From Dictyostelium discoideum (Eukaryota), in NCBI GenBank assembly GCA_000004695.1, contig CM000154.2, positions 5,056,001-5,120,000 of the forward strand: a DNA stretch of 64,000 bases, written 5' to 3'. The translations under genes were made by a program, and so were the position numbers. The notes under the pieces are model-generated. The model searched no databases. It saw only the letters and a list, made by a program, of their open reading frames with translations, and was not told where the DNA came from. Shown here piece by piece: positions 42,084 through 56,675 of this stretch (the first letter of the stretch is position 1; each line of letters begins with the position of its first letter).

Positions 42084-44774
42084 AAAAAAAAAAAAAAAAA
42101 ATACTAATATGTTTATTTTTACTTTTTTTTTTATTTATTTTTTTTTAAAAAAAGAGAAAAATTAGAAGGTACATTGGCACTTAAATTTCAATATGGTGAT
42201 ATGACACCATTAACATTATCAAATGTATCATTATTATCACCAATTCAATATTTTATTTTTGTTAAAGAACATCCAGAATATCATAAAGTTTTACTTCAAC
42301 CAATTGGTGAAGATCAAGGAAAAGTTAATTTAGAAGAAATAAATAGTAGTGGAGGCAGATTCACAGCCTATGATTATTCAATGAATCCAAAAAATTCATT
42401 CTTTTTAACATTTTCAAAGAGTGGCAAATCATATATGGATTTAGTTACAATGGGAAATGATATGGTTTTAGAAAAGGGAGTAAAAAGAAAAGTAGCAAAA
42501 AAAGAATCAACAAAAGATGAAGATGATGATGAAGATGGTGTTGATGATGATGAAGAAACAACAATAACAGAATCAGAAGAAACAGAGGATGTAGAATATG
42601 AAGCAGCAGAAAAAGCAAGAGCTCAATATACAATGAGATTAAGTGCAAAATTAAAAGAAAATGATTTCAGTTTCACATTGACAGATTTAGAGAAAATACC
42701 AAATTCAATCGATAGAACTCAACTCGTTCAAGATAAATTAAAAAAGAATTTCTTCTCTGTTGAATCACTCTCTCAATCTAAAATCGATGTTGAACAAGGT
42801 CGTTTCATTTCTAAAGATAATGGATTCCCATCAGCTGCCAATATTCCATTGGATAGTTTTTCACGTTTACCAACCGTTAGTTCCATTAAAACTTTGAGAC
42901 ATCTTTTGTCAATCGGTGATGTCTCTAAAGAACTTTATGAATATTTAGAAAGACAAGAAAGTGGTGGTGGTGCTAAAATTGACGAGTCAGTCATTGGAGG
43001 AGGTTCTGATAAAAATGGTAATTCTTCATTATCAGCTGATTCAAACATTGGAAAGAATTACCTTTTTTCAGATTTATCACATATTGAAACTTTAAGTAAC
43101 TTAAAGAGATACAATGATATTCCAGTTAACGATGGTTTAAATTCTGTTGAAACTGATCTCAAAGAGACTTACGTTAATACCGTATTGAATGTTACTGATA
43201 AACTCTATACCGCTCCAATCAAGGAACAAAGAATTTTGAAAGAAAAGTTTAGTAATGAATTCACCTTTGAAGAATCACTTTCAATCGATGATCTAAATTC
43301 ACCAATCGATGAATTTGCTGAAGACCTTATTACTCAATCACCACCAAAAGGTCCTATCATTGAAGAAGATGGTTTAATCGATTTAAAAAATACAAATATC
43401 TTTTCAAGTCAACCACTCTATGAATCATTTATAACAAACAAATATCAATCAAATACTAAAGAAGAAGAAGAAGAAGAAGAAGAACAAAAACAACAACAAT
43501 TAAAAGAAAAAAAAGAGGATGAAGAATATCAAAAACCAAATTTCCAAAATATTTTATCAGATGAAGCACTTAATATTGCTAGTGGTAAATCAACAATGGA
43601 TCCATTATATTTATTGGATGCAAATAATAATAGAAGTACATTATTATATCAAAATTCAACTAAAAAACAACAACAACAACCATCATCATCGTCAGTAAAT
43701 TCCCAAACTGAACAAGAAATTGAATCAAACCCAACTACTACTTTATTTGATAAATTTTTTGAAAAGTATATCTTACCAGAAAATATTGTAAGTTATTCAA
43801 AATATCACGCTAAAAGAATTATTCAAGATGAAAATAGAATTAAATCCCAATTAAATCAAGAGTTATTATTAAAACAACAACAAGAACAACAACACAATCA
43901 AAACTCAATAAACAAGGATCAAACTCTCATATTAGATGGTCCAACCTATGAGAGATTATCAATATTAAAATTAAATCACAAAGAAACCACCGATCTCCAA
44001 ATAAAAACAGATATTGAAATGGAAATTGTGGAAATCTTGGAAAGTTTAACAAATCAATCATTGACCGCCAGAAAGAATGCTCATAATCATCTATACCCAG
44101 AGTATAAGAATGCCTCAAAGTCAATCATCAATGAAAAGAAGATCTCTGAAGATTTAATTAGATATGTTATCGATTCTGATCTCATCTCTCATAAATATAA
44201 TGTTGCCCCATCCATCGATAAAGAAGACAAGGTCGATTTTAGAACTTTGAAATTGGATCCAGAAACTGAGCATCAATATGCCCACCACATTAAAGAGTTT
44301 AGAGATAAAGATGCCAAAGGTCTCATCTCTCAACAAGATGCCTTTGAATTTACAAATTACATCAACTACTTAAAGGAAAGTTCTGCTACTTCTCCAATCA
44401 TTCAATCTCTTAAATCTTCAATTCATATGAAATCAAATAACAATGAACTCATCGATCAATTCAATGCTGAATCTTTAGAAAAAGATACCACCACCACCGA
44501 TAAACTCTCCCCTGAAGGTTTGTTCTTTAAGCAACTCGGAGAAATGTTCCCTTCCGAAGCTGATAAAGAAATTGCTATCAATACTCTCTTATATCAAAAT
44601 AATAAAAATCAAAAGATTCAAAAACTTGAAAATGATTTGGTTAATGCAATCTCTAAGGATTCCACCATTCGTATTCCTTCTCCAAAAGAATTAAATCAAT
44701 CTCTTGCTGATGCCAAAGTTGAATTCTCCAAAAAAACTTTAACTTCAAAGGATCAATTTGATTTTGATAATTAA
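41563..44774 (+). CDS. hypothetical large acidic protein
   Basis: Two exons: 41563..42044 (donor AG|GTAAAA) and 42155..44774 (acceptor AAAG, split codon AGA). About 1030 aa with an acidic tract (DEDDDEDGVDDDEETTITESEETEDVEYE) and Gln/Glu-rich regions. No family recognised. Whether 41563 is the true start is uncertain. Confidence 0.5.
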
Positions 44775-45332
44775 AAAAAAAAAAAAAAAAAAAAAAAAGT
44801 TATATAAAAAAAAAAAAAATTTTTAAATAAATAAAATAAAATAAAAAAAAATAAAAAATATAATAATAATTAATTTAATATAAAAAAAAAATATATATAT
44901 TTATATATAAAAAATATAAATATTAATTTTATACAAAAATCTTCTCTTTCAAATCTATGCCATATTAAAAATAAATAAGCTATAGTTTATTAATTATTAA
45001 TTTATTTCAATAATTTTCCCCCATTTCCAAAAAAAAAAAAAAAATCCTTAATAGGGAGAAATGAAAAGTTGGAAAAAAAAAAAAAAGTGGGTTTTCACTT
45101 ATAAAAATTATTGAAATTCAATTTTATTTTTTTTTTTTTTTTTTTTTTTTCTCTAAACAATATTTATTAAAAAAATATTGCTTAGAAAAAAAAAAAAAAT
45201 AAAACAAAAAAAAAAAAGATAGAATATTATTTGTATTAATAAAAAAATAATAAAAAAAAAAATAAAAAAAATAAAAAAAAAGAGATAGAATATTATTTGT
45301 ATTAATAAAAAAAAAAAAAATAAAAATAAAAA

Positions 45333-46110
45333 ATGACATTTGTGGATAATTTTGAATTCAATCAAAATACACCAAGATTAGTAAGAGGTCCATTTATAAT
45401 TTTAAACTCAATAATTTTTGTAAGTAAAAAAAAAAAAAAAAAAAAAAAAAATTATTTAAAAACTAATTTTAAAGAAAAAAAAAAAAAAAAAAAAAAAAAA
45501 GAGTTTATCATTTATTTTATTATGTTCAACTGGTATAATTATTTATTACTTAAATGAATACTATTTAGTTAAAGATTTAACAATACCATTAGGATCATTT
45601 ATTTTAAGTGCATATATGGTAATAACAACAATAGTTGGTGGAATAGCAATTTGGAAGAAAAAACTTGGATTACATTTGACTTTTATGGTATTTTTAGTGG
45701 TATTAATAGTTTGTTTGGTTGGTGTTAGTGCTAAAATGATTGTAGATAGTGGTAATCCAGAGAAATTACAACATAAAATTGAAAATATTTGGTATAAAGT
45801 GGGTAATTATCAACATCACTCAAAACACTATCATCATGGAATCATTGAAATAATTGAAAAACATCACCGTTGTTGTGGTTGGTCAAAAGAAATTGAAGGA
45901 AATTATTGTGTTCACTTTAATAGAAGAGAATCTGGTCATGGTTATTGTGCACCATATGTTGAAAAAAGTGTTGAATCAATTTTAAAATATTTGGGTTACT
46001 ATGGAATAGTTTTATCAGTTATAGAATTGATTTTATTAATATTATCAGGTTTCTTTTTATTAAAAACAAATAAAAATGTAAAATCAAAATCATTTATTTT
46101 ACAAGATTAA
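45333..46110 (+). CDS. tetraspanin
   Basis: Two exons: 45333..45419 (MTFVDNFEFNQNTPRLVRGPFIILNSIIF, donor TTT|GTAAGT) and 45502..46110 (acceptor after an A25 run, phase 0). Splicing completes TM1 (FIILNSIIFSLSFILLCSTGIII). TM2, TM3, a large EC2 loop with the CCG signature (HHRCCGWS) and further Cys, and TM4 follow. Product 232 aa. Confidence 0.7.
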
Positions 46111-46280
46111 AATAATAATAATAAAAATAATAATAAATTTATAAATTATAAAATATTTTAAAATGTTTAAATTTTTTTATTAAACTGCGTTTTAGTTTTT
46201 TTTTTTTTTTTTTTTTTTTTGATTATTATATTTTTTTTTTTTCACTTATTTATCTATCTTATTTATTCATTGATCTATCC

Positions 46281-47376
46281 TTACATCTTGAGTTCTTTGA
46301 CGGTTTCCCAGGTAAAGTCTGGATCATTTCTACCAAAGTGACCACCAGAGGCAGTTTTTTGGAAAATTGGACGAGTTAATTGGAGGTCACGCATTAAACA
46401 ACCTGGACGTAAATCAAAGTTATTATCGATGATGGCAAGGATTTCAGCATCAGTCTTTTTACCGGTACCATAGGTATCAACAAAGACACTGAGTGGCTTG
46501 GCAACACCAATAGAGTATGAAACTTGAACTAAACAACGATCGGCAAGACCAGCGGCAACTAAAGATTTAGCGATCCATCTAGCAGCGTAAGCACCAGAAC
46601 GATCGACTTTAGTGGCATCTTTACCAGAGAAAGCACCACCACCGTGAGCACCCCAACCACCATATGAATCAATGATGATCTTACGACCGGTTAAACCAGA
46701 ATCACCCATTGGGCCACCAATGACGAAACGACCTGATGGATTCAAATGGTAGATGGTGTTATCGTCTAAGTATTGAGCTGGAACAACAGCTTTGATGACT
46801 AATTCTTTCAAATCAGCTCTGATTTGTTCGTTGGTGACTTTTTCGTCGTGTTGAGTTGAAATAACGATGGTGTGTACTCTGACTGGAGTGATTTTGTGAC
46901 CTTCTTTTTTGTATTCAACAGTGACTTGAGTCTTGGCATCTGGACGAGCCCAGGCTAAGGTACCATTGTGACGTAATTCAGTTAATTTGTTGACTAATTC
47001 AGAGGCGAGGAAATGAGTAAGTGGCATTAAAGTTGGGGTTTCGTTGGTGGCATAACCAAACATGTGACCTTGATCACCAGCACCAATATCTTCTGGGTTA
47101 ACTTTACCAATGTGGACACCTTGAGCAATATCTGGTGATTGTTGTTCAATTGCAACTAAAACATTGCAAGTTTTGTAATCAAAACCTTTTGATGAGTCAT
47201 CATAACCAATCTTTTTAACAGCTTCACGAACAACTTTTTGATAGTCAACGTTGGCTTTGGTGGTAATTTCACCTAAAATCATAACCATACCAGTTTTGGT
47301 TGCAGTTTCTATTATTGTTTTTATAATTATTACAAAAAAATTAGATTAATTTTCTTTTTTTTTATTAAAATTTCTA

Positions 47377-47408
<32 letters not shown>

Positions 47409-47829
47409 CTTACCACAAGCAACTTTTGATAATGGATCTTGAGCTAAACAAGCATCGAGAACAGCATCTGATACTTGATCACAGATTTTATCTGTTTAAT
47501 AATTTTTATAAAAAAAAATGAAAAAAAAAAAAAAATTAGTGTTTGGATATTTTTTTTTTTAAAAAAAAAAAAAAACTAGTGTTTGCATTGGTTTTATATT
47601 TTATTTTTATTATTATATATATATTTTTTTTTTTTTTTTTTTTTATTTATTTATTTATTTATTTTTATTTGGTTATCTTTTATTTTTATTTTTATTTTTA
47701 TTTTTATTTTTATTTTTATAATTTTTATTTTTATTATTTTAAAAGAATTGTTTTATTTTTATTTAATAAATTGATCATTTGATAATTACCTGGATGACCT
47801 TCGGTGACGGATTCACTAGTGAATAAATA
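46281..47829 (-). CDS. sasA: S-adenosylmethionine synthetase (methionine adenosyltransferase)
   Basis: Three exons: 47781..47829 ([16 protein letters not shown], donor G|GTAATT), 47414..47491 ([26 protein letters not shown], donor G|GTAAGT) and 46281..47308. Both introns are phase 1. MAT signatures [27 protein letters not shown] and [16 protein letters not shown] are present. The product is 384 aa and aligns closely with human MAT2A. Confidence 0.9.
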
Positions 47830-49258
47830 AGATGACATTTTATATATTGTGTGAAATATTACTTAAATAACTACAAAAAAAAAAAAAAAAAAAAAAAACT
47901 ATTTAAAATTTTTTTCGCTTTTAAAAAAAAAAAAAAAAATAAAAAAAAAAAAAAATTAAAAAAAAAAAAAATTAAAAAAAAAATAAAAAATAAAAAACTT
48001 ACCGTGGAAAGTTCGTTTTTTTCGATGACTCAAAAGTTTTATTGGTGAAAATACAGAATTTTTCTTTCAATTCTTTTTTTATTTTTTTTTTTTTATAAGG
48101 TTCAATTGGGATAATAATAATAATAATGAGATAATAATAATAATAAAAAAAAAAAAAAGGTTCAATTGGATAATAATAATAAAAAAAAAAAACAAAAAAA
48201 AAAAATAAATAAAAATAAAAAAAAATAAAAAAATATGTGCATATTGATTTGTTATTTAAAAATTACAGTATGTATTAACCAATAGATTAATAAAAAAAAA
48301 AGAAAAAAGAAAAAAGAAAAAAAGAATATTATTCTTCAAAAAAAAAAAAAAATAAATGCCATAAATTACCAAAATCGTGCAATTAGATAATTTTTTAAGA
48401 TTATTTGAAAGAAAAACCACACGTCAATTTTATTACCATTCCCAAGATATTTAAAAATTTTTCGGCTATAGGGTGATTTTTTTTTTTTTTGCCTGGTTCA
48501 AAAATAAAAAAAAAAATAAAAAAATAAAAAAAATAAAAAAAAAATAAAAAAAAAATAAAAAAAATAAAAAAAAAATAAAAATATAAAAATATCAAAAAAA
48601 AAAAACAAATAATAAAACAATAAATAATATTTCATAACAACAGTTTAAACAATAGCTTTAATTGAACTAATTTCTCTCAAAATATATAGTTGGTTTTATT
48701 AAATTATAAATAAATCGGGATTAACAGATTTGTTTTTTGATACAATAAGCCTTGTTGGGCTTTTTAGGGATTAGTTTTTTTTTTTTTTATTACATTCAAT
48801 TTAGGGAATTATATTTAATGAATTAGTATTTTTTTTAATTGTTAAATTTAATCAATCAATATTTATCAGATTTTCAAAGTTTTTTTTTTTTTTTTTTTCT
48901 TTTCTATGTTTGACTTTAAAGCAAAATTTTCAAATGTCGGAATTGGTATCAAATTTTTTTATATTTCTAAAAAAAAAAAAAAATAAAAAATAAAAAATAA
49001 AAAAAAAAAAAAAAAAAAAATAATAAAAGGTGTGGTTGTTGGATTCAACAAAATGCAATAATAATAATTTTATGTTTTTGCCACACAATAATTTTTTATT
49101 TTTTTTTTTAATTTGTTTTTTTATTTTTATTTTATTTTTTTTATTTTTCCATTTACTGTGTTGTTTGTATATTTTTATATAATTATACAAATAATTTAGA
49201 GATTTTCAATATAATAGAATATCATATAACTTAAAGTTTAAGATTTTTTATTATTTTA

Positions 49259-49413
<155 letters not shown>

Positions 49414-49447
49414 TTTTTTTTTTTTACAATTTAAAGTTAATTAATAA

Positions 49448-50837
49448 ATGTATTCGAGAGAGATAATAAGCACAACTAGAAATTTAATAATACAACACTT
49501 TGTTTTTGGCAATTCATTATTAACCAAATTCATTGGACCAACAGTTGTTAAATCAAAACCACCTGCAAAATGCCAACATAAGAGTGTTTCAACATCATCA
49601 TCATCATCATCATCATCATCACAACCTTCTTCACAACAAAATGGAAGTGGTGGTGGTGGTGTGAACACAAATACCAATGGATTAAAATCAATGGATATGA
49701 GTTCCTTCATTAAAAAGAGTACTTTATTCCAAAATAATCAATCATTAAGAGGAAAATCTACATCGTTCGAGGTAAATATTAACAAAAGGTTTTTTTAATT
49801 TATTAAATTCTTTGTTTTATTAATTTATTTATTTATTTATTTATTTTTTATTATTTATTATTTATTATTTATTATTCAAATTTATGTTAATATTAAAATT
49901 AAAGTGGGAGATATATGGACTTGAATCTCAAGTTGTTCAAATGAATTTAAATCCTGGTACATCGATTACAGCTGAAACAGGGTCATTACTAGAGATGGGA
50001 TCAGATATTGAAATGGATACTACAGCAAGGGGTGGATTTTTATCAAGTTTTAAGAGAATGTTCACTGGTCAAGGTTTATTTTTAACAAGATTTATAAATA
50101 AATCTGAAACTGTATGTCTGCTATTAATAAATTTAAAATATTTATCGTACCAATTTATTAATTTTTTATTTATTTATTTTAGGAAAAAATGAGAATAACC
50201 TTTAGTTCACCATATATTTCAAAGATTGTACCAATAAAGTTATCAGAGTTTGGAGGTGAATTAATTTGTCAAAAGAATGCTTTTCTCTGTGGTGAGGATT
50301 CTGTTGAAATTGAACCAAGATTTACTAAAAATTTTAAAACTGGTTTCTTTGGAGGTCAAGGTTTTATTCTTCAAAGATTGGTAGGTAATGGTATGGTTTT
50401 TGTGCATGCTGGTGGTTCAATCATTTATAGAGTCTTATTGCCTGGCGAGAAAATTAAGGTTACAACTGGTAGTATTGTTGCTTTTGAAACTTCGGTTGAA
50501 TATAATGTTGAGGTAAGTAATTATTTATTATTATTATTATTTCAATTTTTTTTTTTTTTTTTTTTTTTTTAATTGTTAATTGGTGGTAATTTAATACTAA
50601 CAATGTTATAATTTATAGTTTGTAAAAGGAATAAAGAATATATTATTCGGTGAAGGTTTATCTTTGGCAACGATTACAGGTCCTGGTTTAATAATTCTTC
50701 AATCATTACCATTTGAAAGATTGGTTAGAGCAATCGCTGGAAGTGGTTTGATTGGTGGAGTTTCAACATCTACATCTACATCTACATCTACTGATAATCA
50801 ACAACAATCTCAATCAACACCAACATCTTCTCATTGA
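49448..50837 (+). CDS. AIM24 / DUF124 (TRAP-like fold) mitochondrial-biogenesis family protein
   Basis: Four exons, all phase 0: 49448..49771, 49905..50111, 50183..50512 and 50619..50837, with GTAAAT/GTATGT/GTAAGT donors. Conserved DUF124 blocks are present (GGELICQKNAFLCGE; FFGGQGFILQRLVGNGMVFVHAGGSI; PGEKIKVTTGSIVAFETSVEYNVE; ILFGEGLSLATITGPG). The N-terminus is Ser-rich and basic. Product 359 aa. Confidence 0.7.
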
Positions 50838-51047
50838 TTTAAAATTTTTTAACCAAAAAAAAAAAAAAAAAAAAAAGGTAAAATAAAGATTTGATTTAAT
50901 CAAAAAAATAATCAAAAAAAAATAAAAAAAAACTATTTAATTTAGATTTTTTAATTCTGTACTCATTTATCATAAATTTATTTATTTATTTATTTAAATC
51001 AAATTATTAAAATCTTTTGTGTCAAATTAATTTTTTTAATTTAAAAT

Positions 51048-51099
<52 letters not shown>

Positions 51100-51180
51100 A
51101 TATAAATAAATAAATAATAGTTTAAATAAATTAATAAACCAATAAAAACAAAAGAATCTTTTTATTTTATCATAAATATA

Positions 51181-51285
<105 letters not shown>

Positions 51286-51364
51286 TTGTTTTTGAGATTA
51301 ACTTTAATGTTATGATTTATTTTTATTTTTTTTTTTATTTTTATTTTTTAGTTTAATTAGTTAA

Positions 51365-54300
51365 TTATTTTCTTTTTGAAGGACGCCAAGCATTTGGATC
51401 ATTATATTTATCATAAAGTGGTTCAATTTTTTCTTTTCTTTTTCTTTTTGAAATTTTATTTGGATCAGAAGTTTTAAAGAATTTTGGAGCCAATTCAACC
51501 AACCATTTTGGATCGATGGTACAAACCTCTCTCATATATTCTTTGGTGGTCATAACCAACTCATGATAGATTACCCAATCGGGATTTCTATTGAAGAGAG
51601 TGGAGGAAGGATGAATGTAAACTGGTTGACCCTCGACCAAAGTTTTATAGCCTTCATTTGGATCTTTTTTGCTAGCGTTTGCAAAGAAACCCGAACAGAT
51701 TGCCTTTTGAATTTTTGTATAGTTTCTACCGGCGGAAATGATATCCAATTTGTAACGATCCATAATTGTGATCAATTGTTTTCTAACGTCTTGAGCTCTA
51801 CGAAGGGAACGAGCCTGAACAAAGTTTTCAAAACACCAAGGATTACTGAATTTACTATTTTTCCAAGATTCATAAACGTTTAGTAGAGTTAGATGATCAC
51901 CTTCAGGTTGAAAGAATTTTGCTTTCTTTTGATCGGCTAAAGCTTGTTTCTCTTTTGGACGATAGAAAACATTTTGAACTGATAACATTGCCACCACGGT
52001 TAGAATCTCATCACTACAACCGAGATCTACTGAGGCTATTAACATCTTTGACAATTGAGGATCCAATGGGAATTCTGCCATTTTTCTACCTAAACGAGTG
52101 AGTAATCCTTCTTCATCCAATGCACCAAGTGAATAGAGTTGTTCCATAGCTGAGACTAGAGTTTGAACTGGTGGTGGATCCATGAAATCAAAATTTAACA
52201 AATCATTGATACCCATAGCTTTCATGGTTAACACGGTATTACCAAGATTTGTACGTTGAATTTCAGGTATGGATGATGCTAACATTTCATTCTTAAAGGC
52301 GGATTCAGTGTAGAGACGATAACATTTACCAGGACCAGTACGACCGGCTCTACCAGATCTTTGTCTAGCAGCAGCTTGACTAATTGGAGCGACTACCAAT
52401 GAATCCATACCATTCTTTGGATTAAAACATTTTTGTTTACTAAAACCAGGATCAATTACATAGTAAATACCATCTATAGTCAAAGAAGTCTCTGCGATAT
52501 TGGTTGCAATGACAACTTTTCTACTACCAGGTGGTGCAGGTTCAAAGATTTTAGTTTGCATCTCTGATGGTAATGCTGAATAAACAGGTAAGATAATTAA
52601 ATCGGGTACATTGGAGCCCAATGATTTCATACGTTCATAGAGGATTTGACAAGCTGCATCAATCTCTTCTTGACCCGTTAAAAACAATAAGATATCACCA
52701 GGTGGTTCAGAGAGATGAATTTGCATTACAGTGATCAATGAAGCATCAAGATAATCAGCCTCTGGATCTTTTGTATAACGAATATCAACGGGGAATGTAC
52801 GACCAGGAATGATAAACAATTGGGCATTCATAAAGTACTTTGAAAATTTTTCAGCTTCCAATGTTGCAGAGGTGATCAATACCTTTAATTCAGGTCTACG
52901 TTGTAATGCTTGTTTCAATAAACCAAAGAGTACATCTGTACTAATGGTTCTTTCATGTGCTTCATCCAAAATGATTACACTATAGGCTGATAAATTTGGA
53001 TCCAATAGACATTCTCTAAGTAGAATACCATCGGTCATAAATTTAATAATGGTTTCAGGAGAGGTACAATCTTCGAATCTAATAGCATAACCAACCTCTT
53101 GACCCAATTGACAACCAAATTCTTCAGCAACACGTTTACTAACAGACATTGCAGCAACTCTTCTTGGTTGAGTACATCCTATTTTACCTCTAGTACCATA
53201 ACCTGCCTCAGCTAAATATTGAGCCATTTGAGTTGTTTTACCAGAACCAGTTTCACCAATGACAACCAATAATTGATGTTCACTAACTGCTTGAAGAAAT
53301 GCTTCTCTCAATGGAAAGATTGGTAATGATTCTCTTTGTTCCTTAATGGATCTACTAGTTGCTTTACCATATTGAATGTGTGAACCTTGTGTAACCTTTT
53401 TCCATTCTGGTATCTCAGTATCAATACCTTGACCAGCTATACTACGAATTTCTTGAGCTAAATGACGTTCACCCGCTTCAGGCATTGGATCGTGCCAAGG
53501 TAAACTAAGATCCTTTGGTATACTATCCATCATTTCATTACGTTGTTGATTCTTTTCCTCTTTTCTCTCCTTTGAAAGTGCGGTTTGAGTTGAGGCAGCA
53601 CGTTGTAATGATCCATTTGGTTTCTTTACGATTTTAATTGGTGATAATTGTTGCATATTCATACGAGTACCCTTTAGAAATTGAGGTTCATCTTCATTTC
53701 TCTCAATATCAAAATCCTCTTCTGGTTGTTCTTCATCATGATTAACTAATCCAACCTCTTTATCATAATTTGGCATCTCTGGTACCGATAAAATACCACT
53801 TGCTATTAATTGTTTATATCCCCACCTATCAGGTGATGCAATTCTTTTTCTATTTTTACTTGTTGTATATTTATCATCATCATCATTGTTGTTGTTGTTG
53901 CTGCTGTTATTATTGTTATTATTTGGTTTAAATGGATTTGATCTATTATTTGTTGAATTTGTTGAAATGATTGATTGTATATTTTGTTGTGGATTTAAAT
54001 CTCTACCAGTTGATTGATCAACATCTTTCATTGATAAACTAATTTTTGAAGAGGCAACAGATAATATTTTAACTTTTACTTGTTGATTACGTTTAACGAC
54101 ATCAGAAGGATGATTCAATTTAGTTCTACCTGATAAAATTTGAGAGATATGAACTAAACCATCTCTACGACCTGCAATACCTTCCAATGTAACAAAACAA
54201 CCATAATCATTTATAGATGAAACTTTACCATCATAAATTTTATATAAAATTGGTTCTTTATCAATTTCTCTCCTTTTATTTTGTTGTTCTCTATCTCTAT

Positions 54301-54578
54301 CTCTCTTTTCTCTTTGTTCTCGTTCAAATTCTCTATCCATATCTTGTTGTTTTCTCTTTAATTCTTCTTTAGTTTTTTCATCATCAATTGGTACATCAAC
54401 GATTTTACCTTGATCCCATTCTACTTTATTTGGTATTGATAATCCTGGAAATTGATTTTTCTTTTGATTATTAGAATTTGAATTTAATTTGGTTTCTTCC
54501 CATTCTGACTCTTTATAATTATTATTATTAGTTGTAGTTGTTGTTGTTGTTGTTGTAGTTGTTGTTTTTGCTGTGTTG

Positions 54579-54611
<33 letters not shown>

Positions 54612-54847
54612 GTTGTTGTTGTTGTTTTCTTTTTCATTTTTTCAATTAGATTAAATAAATGTGAACTTAATGATTCTGGAAAATCTGGTACATTCTCTGA
54701 TATTGCTTTATTGAAATCCTTTAGTTTAGGATTTTCGTCAGCTAAACCAATAACAAACTCGGCTAAAAGTTTGTCACCACTTCCAATAAACCTTTCTAAT
54801 TCATTACATACTTGTGATTCTAACTCTATCCTTTCTAATTTATCCAT
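51365..54847 (-). CDS. dhx8: DEAH-box pre-mRNA splicing helicase Prp22/DHX8
   Basis: Intronless 1160-aa ORF. It carries an S1 RNA-binding domain ([38 protein letters not shown]), helicase motifs I (GETGSGKT), II (DEAHER), III (SAT) and VI (QRSGRAGR), then HA2 and OB-fold C-terminal domains. The N-terminus has low-complexity poly-Asn/Thr and an RD/RE-rich region. Confidence 0.9.
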
Positions 54848-54956
54848 TTACCTTGATTTTTAATATTTACAAATTTATTTTATATATATATATTTCTATA
54901 CATATTAACGAAATAATTTTATTTTTTTTTTTTTATTTTTCAAAAATTCCAATTTT

Positions 54957-55026
<70 letters not shown>

Positions 55027-55516
55027 TTGAAATTTCAAAAGTATGTTAATTACATTCCAAACTTAATAATGAAAATATTCCAAAAAAAAAAAAAAATTAT
55101 AATAAAATATATATATAATTGAATAAGAAAGTATTTTAGCCTGTAAAATTTAAAGTAATCGTTTTTTGTCTTGAAAAATTGGGGTTTTATTTTTATTTTT
55201 TATTTTTTTTTAATTCTAAAAATAGATTTTTGTTTTTGAATTTAATTTTGATTTTTAAAGTTGGAATTAGAAATTAATTTGGATACAGGAATTTAAAAAG
55301 ACTCTAAAGACTTTTGATTTTATTTAAATAAATATGTTTTTTATTTTTATTTTTTTTATATTTTTTTATTATTTTTTATTTTTTATTTTTAATTTTTTAT
55401 TTTTAAATCAACACACATTTTATCCTTTTCACAAAAAAAAATAATAAAAAAAAAAATAAAAAAAAAAAAAAAAATATAAATTTTAACACCAAAAGAAACC
55501 TAGTTAACTCTATAAA

Positions 55517-55777
55517 ATGGATGCATCATTTTTTAATGAACAAAAAAAACAATATCAACAAACCTCTAATAATGATGGTCAAACTCAAAATAATAATCTT
55601 CTATTAACAATAAGAGAATTAAATATAAAGATAGAACAATTAATCTCTGAAAATCAAATAAATGAAAAATTAATAATTGAAAAAGAAAAACAAATTCAAG
55701 AAGTAATTGAAAAAGAATTGGAACTTAGAAAAGAAATTGATCAAGTTTTAAATGACAAACCACATTTGAAACTTTGA
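55517..55777 (+). CDS. hypothetical small coiled-coil protein (86 aa)
   Basis: ATG in AAAATGG context, heptad-like E/K/I-rich sequence. May be a chance ORF. Confidence 0.25.
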   Translation: MDASFFNEQKKQYQQTSNNDGQTQNNNLLLTIRELNIKIEQLISENQINEKLIIEKEKQIQEVIEKELELRKEIDQVLNDKPHLKL

Positions 55778-55949
55778 AGAATAAAAATGATAATAAAAAT
55801 AATTATAATAAAAATAATAGTATATTAATATCATATTATATTATAAATAAATTAAATAAAATATATATATTTTTAAAAAAAAAAGTATTTTAGCGTGGAA
55901 TTGTTTTTTATTATTTTATTTTATTCATTTATGTTGAAATTTTATTATT

Positions 55950-55950
<1 letters not shown>

Positions 55951-56043
<93 letters not shown>
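55951..56043. repeat. (ATT)n microsatellite, about 31 units
   Basis: Direct reading. A second (ATT)n block lies at about 56409-56500. Confidence 0.85.
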
Positions 56044-56045
<2 letters not shown>

Positions 56046-56054
56046 ATCAAAATC

Positions 56055-56085
<31 letters not shown>

Positions 56086-56399
56086 TAGGTTTTTTATTTT
56101 TAAAATTTGTTTATTTATTTTTTTTAAAAAGCCATTTTAATACAAATAAATAATTTAATCCAAATAAAAAAAAATAAAAAAAAAAAAAAAAATAAAAATT
56201 ATTAAGTTTAAATATTTAAATTATTTTTTTTATTTAATAGTATTATTTTTGTAAAATTAGATAATAAAAAAATAAATATAAAAAATTAATAAAAAATGTG
56301 GATTTGTTTTTTTTTTTTTTTTTTTTTTTTTTTCCAATAGAATTTATTTTAAATATTAAAAAACAATCGGTTGTTTAAGTTAAAATAATTAGAATGGGG

Positions 56400-56474
<75 letters not shown>

Positions 56475-56675
56475 AATTATTATTATTAAAATTATTATTA
56501 TTAAAATTATTATTATTATTTAATATGGAAAAGAAAAAAAAAAGAAAATAAAAAATTGTATTAATGATTGATAGAGTCTTCAACAGTATCTAATTGGTTA
56601 AGTTTACTGTGTCTAATACCTGTTAACAAGAAATAAGAGTAAATAAAAAAAAATAAAAAAAGTTAGTTTTTGTAG

